A program made the position numbers and the translations under genes. The notes under the pieces were generated by a model that made no database searches, had not been told where the DNA came from, and saw nothing but the letters and a program-made list of their open reading frames with translations. From an uncultured Actinomycetes bacterium (GTDB lineage Bacteria; Actinomycetota; Thermoleophilia; Gaiellales; JAICJC01), in contig CAVRGW010000004.1 of NCBI GenBank assembly GCA_963720885.1, positions 137,661 through 201,660 on the forward strand: a stretch of DNA of 64,000 bases. Direction: 5' to 3'. Below, piece after piece: positions 48,394 through 57,630 of this stretch (within the stretch, counting starts at the first letter, position 1; each line of letters opens with the position of its first letter).

Positions 48394-49532
48394 GCGTTTT
48401 CCGCAGAATGTCAACCGCAAGGCTGCTGGTCGTCCTGGCCGTCGCCGTGACGGCAGTGGCCGTCGCCGGCATCGCGTTCGCGCGTGGCTCGAACGACAAG
48501 CCGCCTCCCAAGCCGCTGGCCGACGCCATCTCGAGCGCGTTCACCGGCACCCTCCCCAAGGGCGTGACCGCCGACATCGCGTTCACCAACAACCTGCTGC
48601 CCGCCGGCACGCTGGACGGGCAGGAGTCGCTGTCCGGCGCCACCGGCAAGCTGTGGGTCAGCGACAGCGGCCGGTTCCGGCTGGACGTCAAGTCCGGGTC
48701 GCACCAGGCCCAGATCACCGGCGGCCCGTCGGGCCTGTCGCTGTACGACCCGAAGACCGACACGGTCTACCGGCTGCCCGTCAGCGGCGAGCCAAAGCCG
48801 TCAGATTCCGGCAACGGGATGCCACCGCTGGTCGGTTCGATCGGCCAGGCGATCTCGAAGCTGTCGTCGGTCGCAACCATCACCGGCGCCACGCCGACCA
48901 CCATCGCCGGCCAGCCGGCGTACTCCGTCAAGGTGTCGCCGCTGCACGACGGCGGGCTGCTGGGCGGCGTGGAGGTCGGCTGGGACGCCGTGCACGGCAT
49001 CCCGCTCAAGGTCGCCGTCTACAGCCGCGGCCAGTCCGATCCGGTGCTGGCGCTGACCGCCACCGACATCAGCTATGGCGCCGTCTCGGACTCGCAGCTG
49101 ACGGTGCCGGGCGCCGACACGGCGCATGTCGTCGACCTCAAGCTGCCGAGCGCGTCCGCGTTCGAGGGCGCTCACCCCACGGTCAGCTCGGGCGCGAAGG
49201 GCGCCGGCTTCCCGGTGTCCGCCCCGGAGACGCTGATCGGGCTGCCGCGGCAGAGCGTCCGCGTCATCTCGGCAGGTGACCATCGCGTCGCGCTGGTCGT
49301 CTACGGCCAGGGCCTCGGTGCCGTCGCCGTGGTACAGCAGGCCGCCGATAGCGGCGACGAGCCCTCCGGGCTGTCGCACCTGCCGGCCGTCTCAATCGGC
49401 GGTGCTGCCGGCCACGAGCTGGCCACCGCGCTGGGCACGGTGGTGCGCTTCCAGAAGGGTGGCGTCGCCTACACCGTGATCGGCTCGGTGCCCCCCGTCG
49501 CCGCCGAGGCGGCTGCCCGGGCGATCTCCTGA
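48390..49532 (+). CDS. Secreted/anchored protein, possibly LolA/RseB-like fold, co-transcribed with the two-component system
   Basis: 380 aa. Signal/anchor LLVVLAVAVTAVAVAGIAFA. Beta-rich segment GKLWVSDSGRFRLDV...LYDPKTDTVY resembles lipoprotein-carrier-like folds. The family assignment is tentative. Confidence 0.6.
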   Translation: MSVFRRMSTARLLVVLAVAVTAVAVAGIAFARGSNDKPPPKPLADAISSAFTGTLPKGVTADIAFTNNLLPAGTLDGQESLSGATGKLWVSDSGRFRLDVKSGSHQAQITGGPSGLSLYDPKTDTVYRLPVSGEPKPSDSGNGMPPLVGSIGQAISKLSSVATITGATPTTIAGQPAYSVKVSPLHDGGLLGGVEVGWDAVHGIPLKVAVYSRGQSDPVLALTATDISYGAVSDSQLTVPGADTAHVVDLKLPSASAFEGAHPTVSSGAKGAGFPVSAPETLIGLPRQSVRVISAGDHRVALVVYGQGLGAVAVVQQAADSGDEPSGLSHLPAVSIGGAAGHELATALGTVVRFQKGGVAYTVIGSVPPVAAEAAARAIS

Positions 49533-49543
49533 CCGGCTGAACC

Positions 49544-49978
49544 TCAGTCCTGGGAGCGTGCGCACACAGCGCACGTTCCCAGGACGACCAGCGTCGCCTC
49601 GTCTGGCTGGAATCCGGTTCGCGCCGCGCTCCGCAACACGCCGTCGGTGTCCACGCCGGCCGCGTTCAGATCGGCCACCGCGCCGCACGAGCGGCACACC
49701 ATGTGGTGGTGCGGCTCAGGCCGCGAGTCGTACACCTCGGTGCCGCCCAACCCGACCACGCGCCTCACCAGCCCGACGTCCTCCAGCAGGTCGAGTGTCG
49801 CGTAGACCGTGGGCAGCGACACGCCGGGCAGGTCGGGTTCAACCTCGGCCAGCAGGCGTTCGGCAGTGAAGTGGCCGTGCAGCCGCTGCACGTGCCGCAG
49901 GATCACGCGCCGCTGCGGCGTCACCCGTCCCTTGCGGGCGCGGATGGCGGCGACGAGCTGGTCGTTCGGATCGGTCAT
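49544..49978 (-). CDS. Fur-family metalloregulator
   Basis: Trimmed to MTDPNDQL. RVTPQRRVIL, winged helix, HHHMVCRSCG...CAVC metal sites. Confidence 0.85.
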   Translation of the reverse strand: MTDPNDQLVAAIRARKGRVTPQRRVILRHVQRLHGHFTAERLLAEVEPDLPGVSLPTVYATLDLLEDVGLVRRVVGLGGTEVYDSRPEPHHHMVCRSCGAVADLNAAGVDTDGVLRSAARTGFQPDEATLVVLGTCAVCARSQD

Positions 49979-50052
49979 CTGTCCTTCAACATAGCAAACA
50001 CTTAGGCGCACCTTATTCTAACACATAAATAATAATTGCTAGACTGCGGGGG
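49979..50052. promoter_or_regulatory. AT-rich divergent promoter between fur and the VIT-family gene, with Fur-box-like hexamers
   Basis: ccttattctaacacataaataataattgctag (about 50011-50042) is the most AT-rich stretch I saw in the window. It has ATAAAT/AATAAT hexamers and a TTATT...AATAA inverted repeat. The match to the 19-bp Fur consensus is only loose. Confidence 0.4.
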
Positions 50053-50556
50053 ATGACGGCCCTCACCATCCTCCACCGCTGGCGCGCCGCGGACGACCAG
50101 GACCGGGTGCTGCGGTTCGTCCAGCCGGGACTGGTCGGGCTGATCGACGGCACGGTGTCCACGCTGGCGCCGATCTTCGCCGCGGCGATCATCGCCGGCT
50201 CGCGTGCGGCGCTGCTCGTCGGCCTTGCCTCCGCGCTGGGCGCCGCGATCAGCATGGGCATGTCGGAGGCGCTGTCCGACGACGGGGAGCTGACCGGGCG
50301 CGGCGACTCCGTGACCCGAGGCGTGGTGACCGGCGCGGCCACCTTCATCGGCGGCTCGTTCCACTCGCTGCCGTTCCTGATCTCCGACGTCAACGTCGCG
50401 CTGGCCGTTGCCGGCGTGGTTGTCGCGGCCGAGCTGATCGCGATCGCCTTCGTCCGCCGCGCGTACATGCGGGTGTCGCTCTCGGCGTCGCTGGTGCAGG
50501 TGACGCTGGGCGGTTCCCTGGTCGCCCTGGTCGGCGTCGCCGTCGGCCACGCCTGA
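50053..50556 (+). CDS. VIT1/CCC1-family iron/manganese transporter (membrane domain only)
   Basis: 167 aa. GLIDGTVSTLAPIF, GAAISMGMSEALS, and the hydrophobic C-terminal spans typical of VIT-family proteins. Confidence 0.8.
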   Translation: MTALTILHRWRAADDQDRVLRFVQPGLVGLIDGTVSTLAPIFAAAIIAGSRAALLVGLASALGAAISMGMSEALSDDGELTGRGDSVTRGVVTGAATFIGGSFHSLPFLISDVNVALAVAGVVVAAELIAIAFVRRAYMRVSLSASLVQVTLGGSLVALVGVAVGHA

Positions 50557-50596
50557 CCCGGATCTTCACCCTGCCGGCAGCGACCAAAGCTAGCCT

Positions 50597-52078
50597 TTGG
50601 TGGTGGGACTGCGCGCCCGGACAACGGCTCTCGCTGGCCTCGCCGCGCTGACGGCGAGCCTGATCGCGCCGGACGTCGCCTCCGCGCACGCCACCGCCGG
50701 CAAGACCTACGAGTTCCAGCTCCCGATCTGGCTGTACGCCGTCGCCGGCGGCCTGACGGTGCTGCTGTCGGTGCCGATCGCGGTCGCCGCCGGCGATCGG
50801 CCGAGCTGGACCAGCGCGCGGTCGTGGAATCCCGGTCGCGGCGCGGCGATCGCCGCCCGGATCGCCCGCTGGCTGCTCGGCGTATGCCTGGTGATCGCGG
50901 TCGCCGGCGGCCTGTTCGGCAGCGCGCAGTTCTACGCAAACCCCGCCACCGTGCTGTTCTGGATCGACGTCTGGGTGGGCGTCGCCGTGATGTCCGCGCT
51001 CTTCGGCAACGTGTGGGATGCGATCAGCCCGCTGAACGCGCTCGGCCGCGCGCTCGAGCAGCAGCTGGCGCGCGACGGCATCACACCGCGGGCGTATCCG
51101 GCCTGGCTCGGCATGTGGCCGGCGGTGCTGCAGCTGCTCGTGATCGCGTGGCTGGAGCTCTGCTGGACGGGCGGCAGCAACCCCGCGTACCTGGCGGTGG
51201 TGATCGCGGTCTACGTGATGGTGCATCTGCTGGCGATGGGCGTGTTCGGCGCGGAGGTCTGGCTGGAACGCGGCGAGCTGTTCACCGTGATCTCGCGCGT
51301 CCTGACGCGGTTTTCGCCGGTCGAGATCTGGTCGCGCACCGAGGAGCCGTGCCAGGCGGGGCGGTGCACCGTGCAGGAGCGGCCCGGCTGCCCGTCCTGC
51401 TTCATCGACGCCGACCCGTCCCAGCGCGGGGTGCGGCTGCGGTCGTTCGGCTCCGGCATCCACCGCCAACCCTCGCTGGTGGCCGCGGGCGGCGTATTCG
51501 TGTTGACGATGCTCGCGACCGTCGTCTTCGACGGCTTCTCGCGGACGCTCCGCTACTACGACTTCACCGACTGGCTGGCGCCGTACGGCAGCTGGCTGGC
51601 CGCGCATTCGACGACGCTGCGGACGCTGACGATGATCGCGATCGCCGGCGGCTTCGCCCTGATCTTCGTGGCCGTCTGCGCCCTGGTCGGTCGGCTGGAG
51701 GGCGGGGGAGTAGCGGATGCGCTGCGCCGCTACGCGCCGACGCTGATCCCGATCGCCGCCGTCTACTTCATGGCGCACTACTTCGTCTACGGCGTGGTGT
51801 ACGCCCAGCTCACCCCGAAGGTCGTGCTCGACCCGCTGGGCAACGGCTGGGTGCACTACGCGATCTTCACGGACGTCCCCGGCGCGCTGGTCTGGTACCT
51901 GCAGGCGTTCCTGATCGTGTTCGGCCACGTGGTGGCGGTGTTCGAGGCCCAGCGCGTGGCGCGGCGCGCGCCCGGCCATCGCGCTCGCGCCGCGCTCGCG
52001 CACTCCCCGGTCACCGTGCTGATGATCCTGTACACGATGATCGGGCTCTGGGTGCTGGCCCAGGCCCTGCAGGCGTAG
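50597..52078 (+). CDS. Hypothetical polytopic membrane protein with signal peptide and a CxxxxC...CxxC loop
   Basis: 493 aa. Signal LAGLAALTASLIAPDVASA|HAT, about 10 or more hydrophobic spans, and loop CQAGRCTVQERPGCPSCF. Good codon bias. No family recognised. Confidence 0.65.
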   Translation: MVVGLRARTTALAGLAALTASLIAPDVASAHATAGKTYEFQLPIWLYAVAGGLTVLLSVPIAVAAGDRPSWTSARSWNPGRGAAIAARIARWLLGVCLVIAVAGGLFGSAQFYANPATVLFWIDVWVGVAVMSALFGNVWDAISPLNALGRALEQQLARDGITPRAYPAWLGMWPAVLQLLVIAWLELCWTGGSNPAYLAVVIAVYVMVHLLAMGVFGAEVWLERGELFTVISRVLTRFSPVEIWSRTEEPCQAGRCTVQERPGCPSCFIDADPSQRGVRLRSFGSGIHRQPSLVAAGGVFVLTMLATVVFDGFSRTLRYYDFTDWLAPYGSWLAAHSTTLRTLTMIAIAGGFALIFVAVCALVGRLEGGGVADALRRYAPTLIPIAAVYFMAHYFVYGVVYAQLTPKVVLDPLGNGWVHYAIFTDVPGALVWYLQAFLIVFGHVVAVFEAQRVARRAPGHRARAALAHSPVTVLMILYTMIGLWVLAQALQA

Positions 52079-52249
52079 ACCTCCGCCGCCGGCCCCACCA
52101 GCCCCCGTACGGCATGCCGCACCCCCGGCCAGGTGGTGGTACTCGCCGACATGCCGGGTGCCTCCATCGTGCCAGAGCGCTCGATGGCCGAGGCTGTGCG
52201 AATCCAGCCGGGGATCCACTCGGACAGTGTTCTCACAGGAGACATCATC

Positions 52250-54472
52250 GTGCAGCAGCAACAGGCACAACCGCAGGGCTTCGCAGGCCGAGTCGGCACG
52301 TGGAGCGCGCGTCACAAGAAGACGGTTCTGGTCGGATGGCTGCTCTTCGTTGCGCTGTCGCTGGTCGGCGGCGGGATGATCTCGAGCAACAAGCTGACCA
52401 AGGCCGACCAGTTCAGCGGCGAGTCGGGACGGGCGGAGAAGACGCTCGAGACGAAGTTCCCCGAGGCCGCGGTGGCATCCGAGATGCTGCTCGTCACGAC
52501 CAGATCGGGCAGCGTCGACGACGCCGCCACGAAGGCCGCAATCGCCGACATCGCCGCCCGCGTCAAGGCCGTGCCGGTCGTCAAGAACGTCCATACGCCC
52601 GAGGGCACCGACGGCCTCGTCTCCGAAGACGGCCGATCGGCGCTGGTCTCGTTCGAGATCAAGGGCAAGCCGGAGGACGCGAACGCCAAGATCGGGCCGG
52701 TGACCGCCGCGGTCAAGCAGGCCCAGCAGGCCCACCCGGAGCTCCGCGTCGAGGAGTTCGGCGACGCCAGCGTCGGCGCCGAGCTGGACAAGTGGGTCGA
52801 GAACGACCTCCACCGGGCGGAGACGATGTCCGTCCCGATCACCCTCTTGATCCTGTTCATCGCCTTCGGCGCGATCGTCGCCGCGGGCGTGCCCGTGGTG
52901 CTGGCCATGACCTCGGTACTGGCCACCACCGCGCTCATCGCGATCCCCAGCCATGTGTTCCCGGTCGACGACCTCGCGGCCATCCTGATCACGCTGATCG
53001 GCATGGCGGTCGGAGTCGACTACTCGCTCTTCTACCTCCGGCGCGAACGTGAGGAACGGGCGAACGGCCACGACGACCTGTCGGCGATCGCGATCGCGTC
53101 GTCCACCTCGGGCCGGACGATCCTGATCTCCGGCTTCACCGTGATGGCGGCGATGGCCGGACAGTTCCTGACCGGCGACAAGACCGGCACCTCCAACGCG
53201 ATCGGCACGATCATGGTCACCGGCGTCGCCATGCTGGGCTCGCTGACCGTACTGCCGGCGACGCTGGCCCTGCTCGGGCGCCACGTCGACAAGGGCCGTA
53301 TCCGGATCCCGTTCCTGCGCAGGCGCAAGCCCGTGCAGCGCGACTCGCGGATCTGGTCGTTCATCCTCGACCGCGTCCTGCGGCGGCCCGGCCTCTCGGC
53401 CTTCGCCGCGATCGCGCTGCTGCTGGTGATCGCCTCGCCGGCGCTGCACATGAAGGTGCACGAGACGGGAATCAACGATCTGCCGCCGGACATGCCGGGC
53501 TACACCGTGCTCAAGCACATGAACACGGCCTTCCCCAGCAACAGCTCCGACGCGTCGGTCGTCGTCACCGCGCCGGACGTCAACTCGCCCGAGATGCAGG
53601 CTGCGATCGCCGATCTCGAGCAGACGGCGAAGCAGACCGGTCAGATGACTCCGCCGTTCGAGGTCACCACCAGCTCCGACAGGACTGTGGCGGCGATCTC
53701 GATGAAGCTGGCCGGCACGGGCACCGACCAGGCGTCCAAGGATGCGCTGGACACCCTCCGGGACACGGTCGTCCCGGAAACCGTCGGCTCCGTCCCGGGG
53801 GCGGACGCGAACGTCACCGGCAACACGGCCATCGACCGCGACTCGGCGGCGAACCTGGCCCGCACGACCCCGCTGATCTTCGGATTCGTGCTGACCCTGG
53901 CCTTCCTGCTGATGCTGGTCACCTTCCGGTCGATCGTCATCCCGATCAAGGCGATCGTGCTCAACCTGCTGTCCGTCGCGGCCGCCTACGGCGTCCTCGT
54001 CTGGGTGTTCCAGGACGGCCACGGCTCGTCGATGCTGGGCTTCTCGCCCACGGGCGGCGTGGCGCCCTGGCTGCCGACGTTCCTGTTCGTGATCCTGTTC
54101 GGCCTCTCGATGGACTACCACGTGTTCATCCTGAGCCGGGTCAAGGAGCTGGTGGACGGCGGCGCGACGACCGATGAGGCCGTCGTCCGGGGTATCAAGA
54201 GCACGGCCGGCGTCGTCACCGGCGCGGCGGCCGTGATGGTGGCGGTCTTCTCGATCTTCGCCACGCTCAGCCTGATCGATCTCAAGGAGTTCGGGATCGG
54301 CCTGGCCGTGGCGGTGCTGATCGACGCGACCATCGTCAGGGCGGTGCTGCTGCCCGCCTCGATGAAGATGCTCGGCGACTGGAACTGGTGGCTGCCGCGG
54401 CCCCTCCGCTGGCTGCCCGAGTTCCGGCACGAGCCGGTCGCTGTCCCGGCCGCGGAGGTCGCCCCTGCCTAA
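52250..54472 (+). CDS. MMPL-family (RND superfamily) transporter
   Basis: ORF 52133..54472. I prefer the GTG at 52250 behind AGGAGA. Two 6-TM bundles with large extracytoplasmic loops; FGLSMDYHVFILSR and GVDYSLFYL are MMPL hallmarks. Confidence 0.85.
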   Translation: MQQQQAQPQGFAGRVGTWSARHKKTVLVGWLLFVALSLVGGGMISSNKLTKADQFSGESGRAEKTLETKFPEAAVASEMLLVTTRSGSVDDAATKAAIADIAARVKAVPVVKNVHTPEGTDGLVSEDGRSALVSFEIKGKPEDANAKIGPVTAAVKQAQQAHPELRVEEFGDASVGAELDKWVENDLHRAETMSVPITLLILFIAFGAIVAAGVPVVLAMTSVLATTALIAIPSHVFPVDDLAAILITLIGMAVGVDYSLFYLRREREERANGHDDLSAIAIASSTSGRTILISGFTVMAAMAGQFLTGDKTGTSNAIGTIMVTGVAMLGSLTVLPATLALLGRHVDKGRIRIPFLRRRKPVQRDSRIWSFILDRVLRRPGLSAFAAIALLLVIASPALHMKVHETGINDLPPDMPGYTVLKHMNTAFPSNSSDASVVVTAPDVNSPEMQAAIADLEQTAKQTGQMTPPFEVTTSSDRTVAAISMKLAGTGTDQASKDALDTLRDTVVPETVGSVPGADANVTGNTAIDRDSAANLARTTPLIFGFVLTLAFLLMLVTFRSIVIPIKAIVLNLLSVAAAYGVLVWVFQDGHGSSMLGFSPTGGVAPWLPTFLFVILFGLSMDYHVFILSRVKELVDGGATTDEAVVRGIKSTAGVVTGAAAVMVAVFSIFATLSLIDLKEFGIGLAVAVLIDATIVRAVLLPASMKMLGDWNWWLPRPLRWLPEFRHEPVAVPAAEVAPA

Positions 54473-54501
54473 CCCCTCCTACCCCCAACCGCTCGCCGTC
54501 C

Positions 54502-54533
54502 CGCGTGGCTCGCCGATCATGGCGAGCCACGCG
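54502..54533 (+). terminator. Probable intrinsic terminator hairpin after the MMPL gene
   Basis: Perfect 13-bp stem CGCGTGGCTCGCC / GGCGAGCCACGCG with loop GATCAT, followed by CCGTTTCG (a weak U tract). Confidence 0.6.
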
Positions 54534-54560
54534 CCGTTTCGCGGTATCCTCTGGCTCCCA

Positions 54561-54633
54561 GGGCGCATAGCTCAGCTGGGAGAGCGTCCGCTTCACGCGC
54601 GGAAGGTCACAGGTTCGAGCCCTGTTGCGCCCA
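54561..54633 (+). tRNA. tRNA-Val (anticodon CAC)
   Basis: Acceptor GGGCGCA/TGCGCCC, D-arm GCTCAGCTGGGAGAGC, anticodon stem TCCGC/GCGGA with loop TTCACGC, T-arm ACAGGTTCGAGCCCTGT, discriminator A. No encoded CCA. Confidence 0.95.
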
Positions 54634-54933
54634 TGCCGACGGCTCGTCGTCGACGCTCAGCTCCCTGACAGGCGCCTGCTCGTAGACCAGCGCGGCCGCC
54701 CGTAGGCAGTCACCGGTGGGCCCGAGCAGCTCGTCCACGGTGATCCCGAACGTCCGCGCGCACAGCTGCACGGTACGGGTCCGCGGTTCCGACCTGCCGG
54801 AAAGGATGTTCCAGAGTCCCTGTTCGGAGAGGCCCAGGTACGAGGCCAGCTCGCGCTGCAGGAGGCCGTGCATGCCGGCCAGTCGGCGGAGGTTTACGCC
54901 AATCGTCGTTGGGGGTGTCATCGTGGTTCGCAT
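54607..54933 (-). CDS. XRE-family helix-turn-helix protein; last 9 codons overlap tRNA-Val
   Basis: 108 aa. GVNLRRLAGMHGLLQRELASYLGLSEQGLWNILSGRSEPRTRTV is a Cro/C1-type HTH. The stop (54607-54609) lies inside the tRNA-Val T-arm. An alternative start is the ATG at 54921. Confidence 0.65.
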   Translation of the reverse strand: MRTTMTPPTTIGVNLRRLAGMHGLLQRELASYLGLSEQGLWNILSGRSEPRTRTVQLCARTFGITVDELLGPTGDCLRAAALVYEQAPVRELSVDDEPSAWAQQGSNL

Positions 54934-55018
54934 ATCCCCTGTCGGTTCCAGGTTGACGGACTAGTAACTGCAGCGTACGCTCTCTTAGTCCACTAAGTCA
55001 ATCGACAAAGGGGAAAAC

Positions 55019-56032
55019 TTGAAGTCTCTGAAAGTTTCACGGCTGATCCTCCTGGTGGCAGCCACTGCGCTCCTCACGGCAGCTGCCGGGTGCGGCGGCT
55101 CCAGCGGTGACTCCGGCGGAGGCAGCTCGACCAAGATCAACCTCGTCGCGTATTCGACGCCGGCCGAGGCCTACGCCGAGCTGATCCCGGCCTTCCAGAA
55201 GACCGCAGACGGCAAGGATGTCGACTTCAGCCAGTCGTACGGCTCCTCCGGCGACCAGAGCCGTGCCGTCGAGGCCGGCCAGGACGCCGACTTCCTGCAC
55301 TTCGCACTCGAGCCGGACATCACCCGCGAGGTCGACGCAGGCCTCGTCAACGCCGACTGGGACAAGGGCCAGTACAAGGGCGTGCTCGTCGACTCCGTCG
55401 TCGTGTTCGTCGTCCGCAAGGGCAATCCGAAGAACATCCACACCTGGGACGACCTGACCAAGGACGGCGTCGAGGTGATCACGCCGAACCCGTTCACCTC
55501 GGGCGGCGCCCGCTGGAACGTGATGGCGGCGTACGGTGCGCAGCTCAAGCAGGGCAAGACGCCCGCCGAGGCACAGCAGTACCTGTACGACCTGTTCAAG
55601 AACGTCCCGGTACAGGACGACAGCGCGCGCAACGCGCTCGCCACCTTCAGCGGTGGCAAGGGCGATGTGCTGCTGTCCTACGAGAACGAGGCGATCCTGG
55701 CCCAGGCCAAGGGCGAGGACGTCGACTACGTGGTGCCCGACCAGACGATCAAGATCGAGACGGTCGCCGCAGTGACGAAGTCGGCGCCGCCGGCCGCGCA
55801 GAAGTGGCTGGACTGGCTGTACACCCCTGAGGCGCAGAAGATCTTCGCCGACAACGGGTACCGCCCGGTCGTTTCGGGCGTCACCGGGAAGTACGACTTC
55901 CCGACTCCGCCGCAGGAGTTCACGATCGACGATCTCGGCGGCTGGAGCAAGATCAAGGACCAGTTCTTCGACGACCAGAAGGGCATCATGGCCAAGGTGG
56001 AGCAGTCGATTGGCGTCTCGACCACTGGATAG
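55019..56032 (+). CDS. Sulfate/thiosulfate ABC transporter substrate-binding lipoprotein
   Basis: 337 aa. Lipobox LLTAAAGC. Overall Sbp/CysP-like sequence (YSTPAEAY, SYGSSGDQSRAV, NPFTSGGARWN). TTG start behind AGGGGA. Confidence 0.9.
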   Translation: MKSLKVSRLILLVAATALLTAAAGCGGSSGDSGGGSSTKINLVAYSTPAEAYAELIPAFQKTADGKDVDFSQSYGSSGDQSRAVEAGQDADFLHFALEPDITREVDAGLVNADWDKGQYKGVLVDSVVVFVVRKGNPKNIHTWDDLTKDGVEVITPNPFTSGGARWNVMAAYGAQLKQGKTPAEAQQYLYDLFKNVPVQDDSARNALATFSGGKGDVLLSYENEAILAQAKGEDVDYVVPDQTIKIETVAAVTKSAPPAAQKWLDWLYTPEAQKIFADNGYRPVVSGVTGKYDFPTPPQEFTIDDLGGWSKIKDQFFDDQKGIMAKVEQSIGVSTTG

Positions 56033-56849
56033 CACCCTTCCGCAGGCGCGGAGTTTCGCCTCCCCCGCCGCCGCCCTCCCCGGGCTGGCGGCGGGGACGG
56101 CGATCCTCTACCTCAGCCTCGTTGTCCTGATCCCGCTGGCGGCCCTCCTCTGGGCGGCCGTCGGCGGGGGATGGAGCGAGTTCTGGGATGCCGTCCGGGC
56201 ACCGGACGCGGTGGCGGCGCTCAAGCTGACGGTCGCGGTATCGCTGATCGTCGTCGCGTTGAACGCGTTCTTCGGCACCCTGCTCGCCTGGGTGCTGGTG
56301 CGGGACGACTTCATCGGCAAGAACGCCATCAACACCCTGGTCGACCTGCCGTTCGCGCTGCCGACCATCGTCGTCGGCGTGATCCTGCTGCTGCTCTACG
56401 GCTCGTCCTCGCCGATCGGCGTGGACGTGTCCTACAGCCGGGCCGGCATCGTGCTCGCGCTGATGTTCGAGACGTTGCCGTTTGTGGTGCGCAGTGTTCA
56501 GCCGGTGCTGTACGAGCTCGACCGCGACATGGAACAGGCGGCCGCCTCGCTCGGCGCCGCACCGTTCACGGCGTTTCGCCGTGTCATCTTCCCCAACCTA
56601 CTGCCGGCCATCCTGTCCGGCGGCGGCCTCGCCCTCGCCAAGGCGATCGGCGAGTTCGGCTCCGTCGTCCTCATCTCAGGCAACATCCCGTTCCAGACCC
56701 AGGTGGCCTCGGTGCTGATCTTCGGACGGATCGAGAGCGACAACCAGGACGCCGCCGTTGCGGTGTCGGTCGTGCTGCTCGTTCTCGCCCTGTCGATCCT
56801 GCTCTTGATCAACCTCGTCCAGCGCTGGGGGACGCGCCATGATCACTAA
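56010..56849 (+). CDS. cysT: Sulfate ABC transporter permease CysT
   Basis: 279 aa. EAA-type loop LYELDRDMEQAAASLGAAPFTAFRRVIFP. Position and similarity as for CysT. Confidence 0.9.
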   Translation: MASRPLDSTLPQARSFASPAAALPGLAAGTAILYLSLVVLIPLAALLWAAVGGGWSEFWDAVRAPDAVAALKLTVAVSLIVVALNAFFGTLLAWVLVRDDFIGKNAINTLVDLPFALPTIVVGVILLLLYGSSSPIGVDVSYSRAGIVLALMFETLPFVVRSVQPVLYELDRDMEQAAASLGAAPFTAFRRVIFPNLLPAILSGGGLALAKAIGEFGSVVLISGNIPFQTQVASVLIFGRIESDNQDAAVAVSVVLLVLALSILLLINLVQRWGTRHDH

Positions 56850-57630
56850 GTACGCACTCCGCTTCACGGCGCTCGGCTATCTGACGATGCTCCTGCTGGT
56901 GCCCGTCGCGATGATCGCCTGGAAGGCGTTCGAGAACGGCTGGGCGCCGTTCTGGGCGTCTGTCACCGACCCCGACTTCCTGAGCGCGCTCAAGCTGACG
57001 CTCGAGATCGCGCTGATCGCGGTGCCGCTGAACACCGTCTTCGGCATCATCATCGCGATCATGCTGGTGCGCCACGACGTGCCCGGCAAGAGCCTGATCA
57101 ACGCCGTGCTGGCGCTGCCCTTCGCGCTCTCGCCGGTCGTCGTCGGCCTCTGCCTGATCCTGGCCTACGGCCAGGCCGGCTGGTTCGGGGCCGACCTCGC
57201 CAACGCCGGCATCGACGTCATCTTCTCGATGCCCGGCATGGTGCTGGCCACCATGTTCGTCTCGCTGCCGTTCGTCGCCCGCGAGGTGATGCCGGTGCTG
57301 CGCGAGATCGGCACCGAGCAGGAACAGGCGGCGGCCACACTGGGCGCCGGCCAGTGGACGACGTTCCGACGCGTCACCCTGCCGGCCATCCGCTGGGGCG
57401 TGATCTACGGCGTCATCCTGACCACCGCCCGCTGCATCGGCGAGTACGGCGCCGTCGCGGTGGTCTCGGGCAACGTCATCGGCCAGACCGAGACGATGCC
57501 GCTCTTGGTGAAGCGCCTGTACGAGGGCTTCGACAAGCAGGGCGCCTACGCGGCGTCGGTCGTGCTGGCCCTGATTGCGCTTTCCACCGTGCTCCTCATG
57601 ACCATGTTCAAGCCCCGCCAGGAGGCGTGA
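56839..57630 (+). CDS. cysW: Sulfate ABC transporter permease CysW
   Basis: 263 aa. [29 protein letters not shown]. Second permease of the cys transporter. Confidence 0.9.
   Translation: MITKYALRFTALGYLTMLLLVPVAMIAWKAFENGWAPFWASVTDPDFLSALKLTLEIALIAVPLNTVFGIIIAIMLVRHDVPGKSLINAVLALPFALSPVVVGLCLILAYGQAGWFGADLANAGIDVIFSMPGMVLATMFVSLPFVAREVMPVLREIGTEQEQAAATLGAGQWTTFRRVTLPAIRWGVIYGVILTTARCIGEYGAVAVVSGNVIGQTETMPLLVKRLYEGFDKQGAYAASVVLALIALSTVLLMTMFKPRQEA

Noticed and set aside
50573-50600. Small hairpin ACCAAAG-CTAGC-CTTTGGT overlapping the TTG start of the 493-aa membrane protein
   Set aside because: The 7-bp stem is A/T-containing with low predicted stability. It could occlude the start, but there is no supporting evidence, so it is not reported as a feature.
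50390-54430. 1346-aa ORF on the minus strand, the longest ORF in the track
   Set aside because: It is antisense to three well-supported genes (VIT, membrane protein, MMPL). The composition is dominated by R/G/D/H/P/A with no recognisable domain. This is the typical stop-free antisense frame of a very GC-rich genome. The same reasoning applies to 1173..2717(-), 3722..5227(-), 6123..7598(-), 7478..9475(-), 10203..11345(-), 10988..12337(-), 24289..25593(-), 29663..31348(-), 39978..41774(+), 41341..42669(-), 43633..44937(+), 43752..45365(+), 46927..48273(-) and similar.
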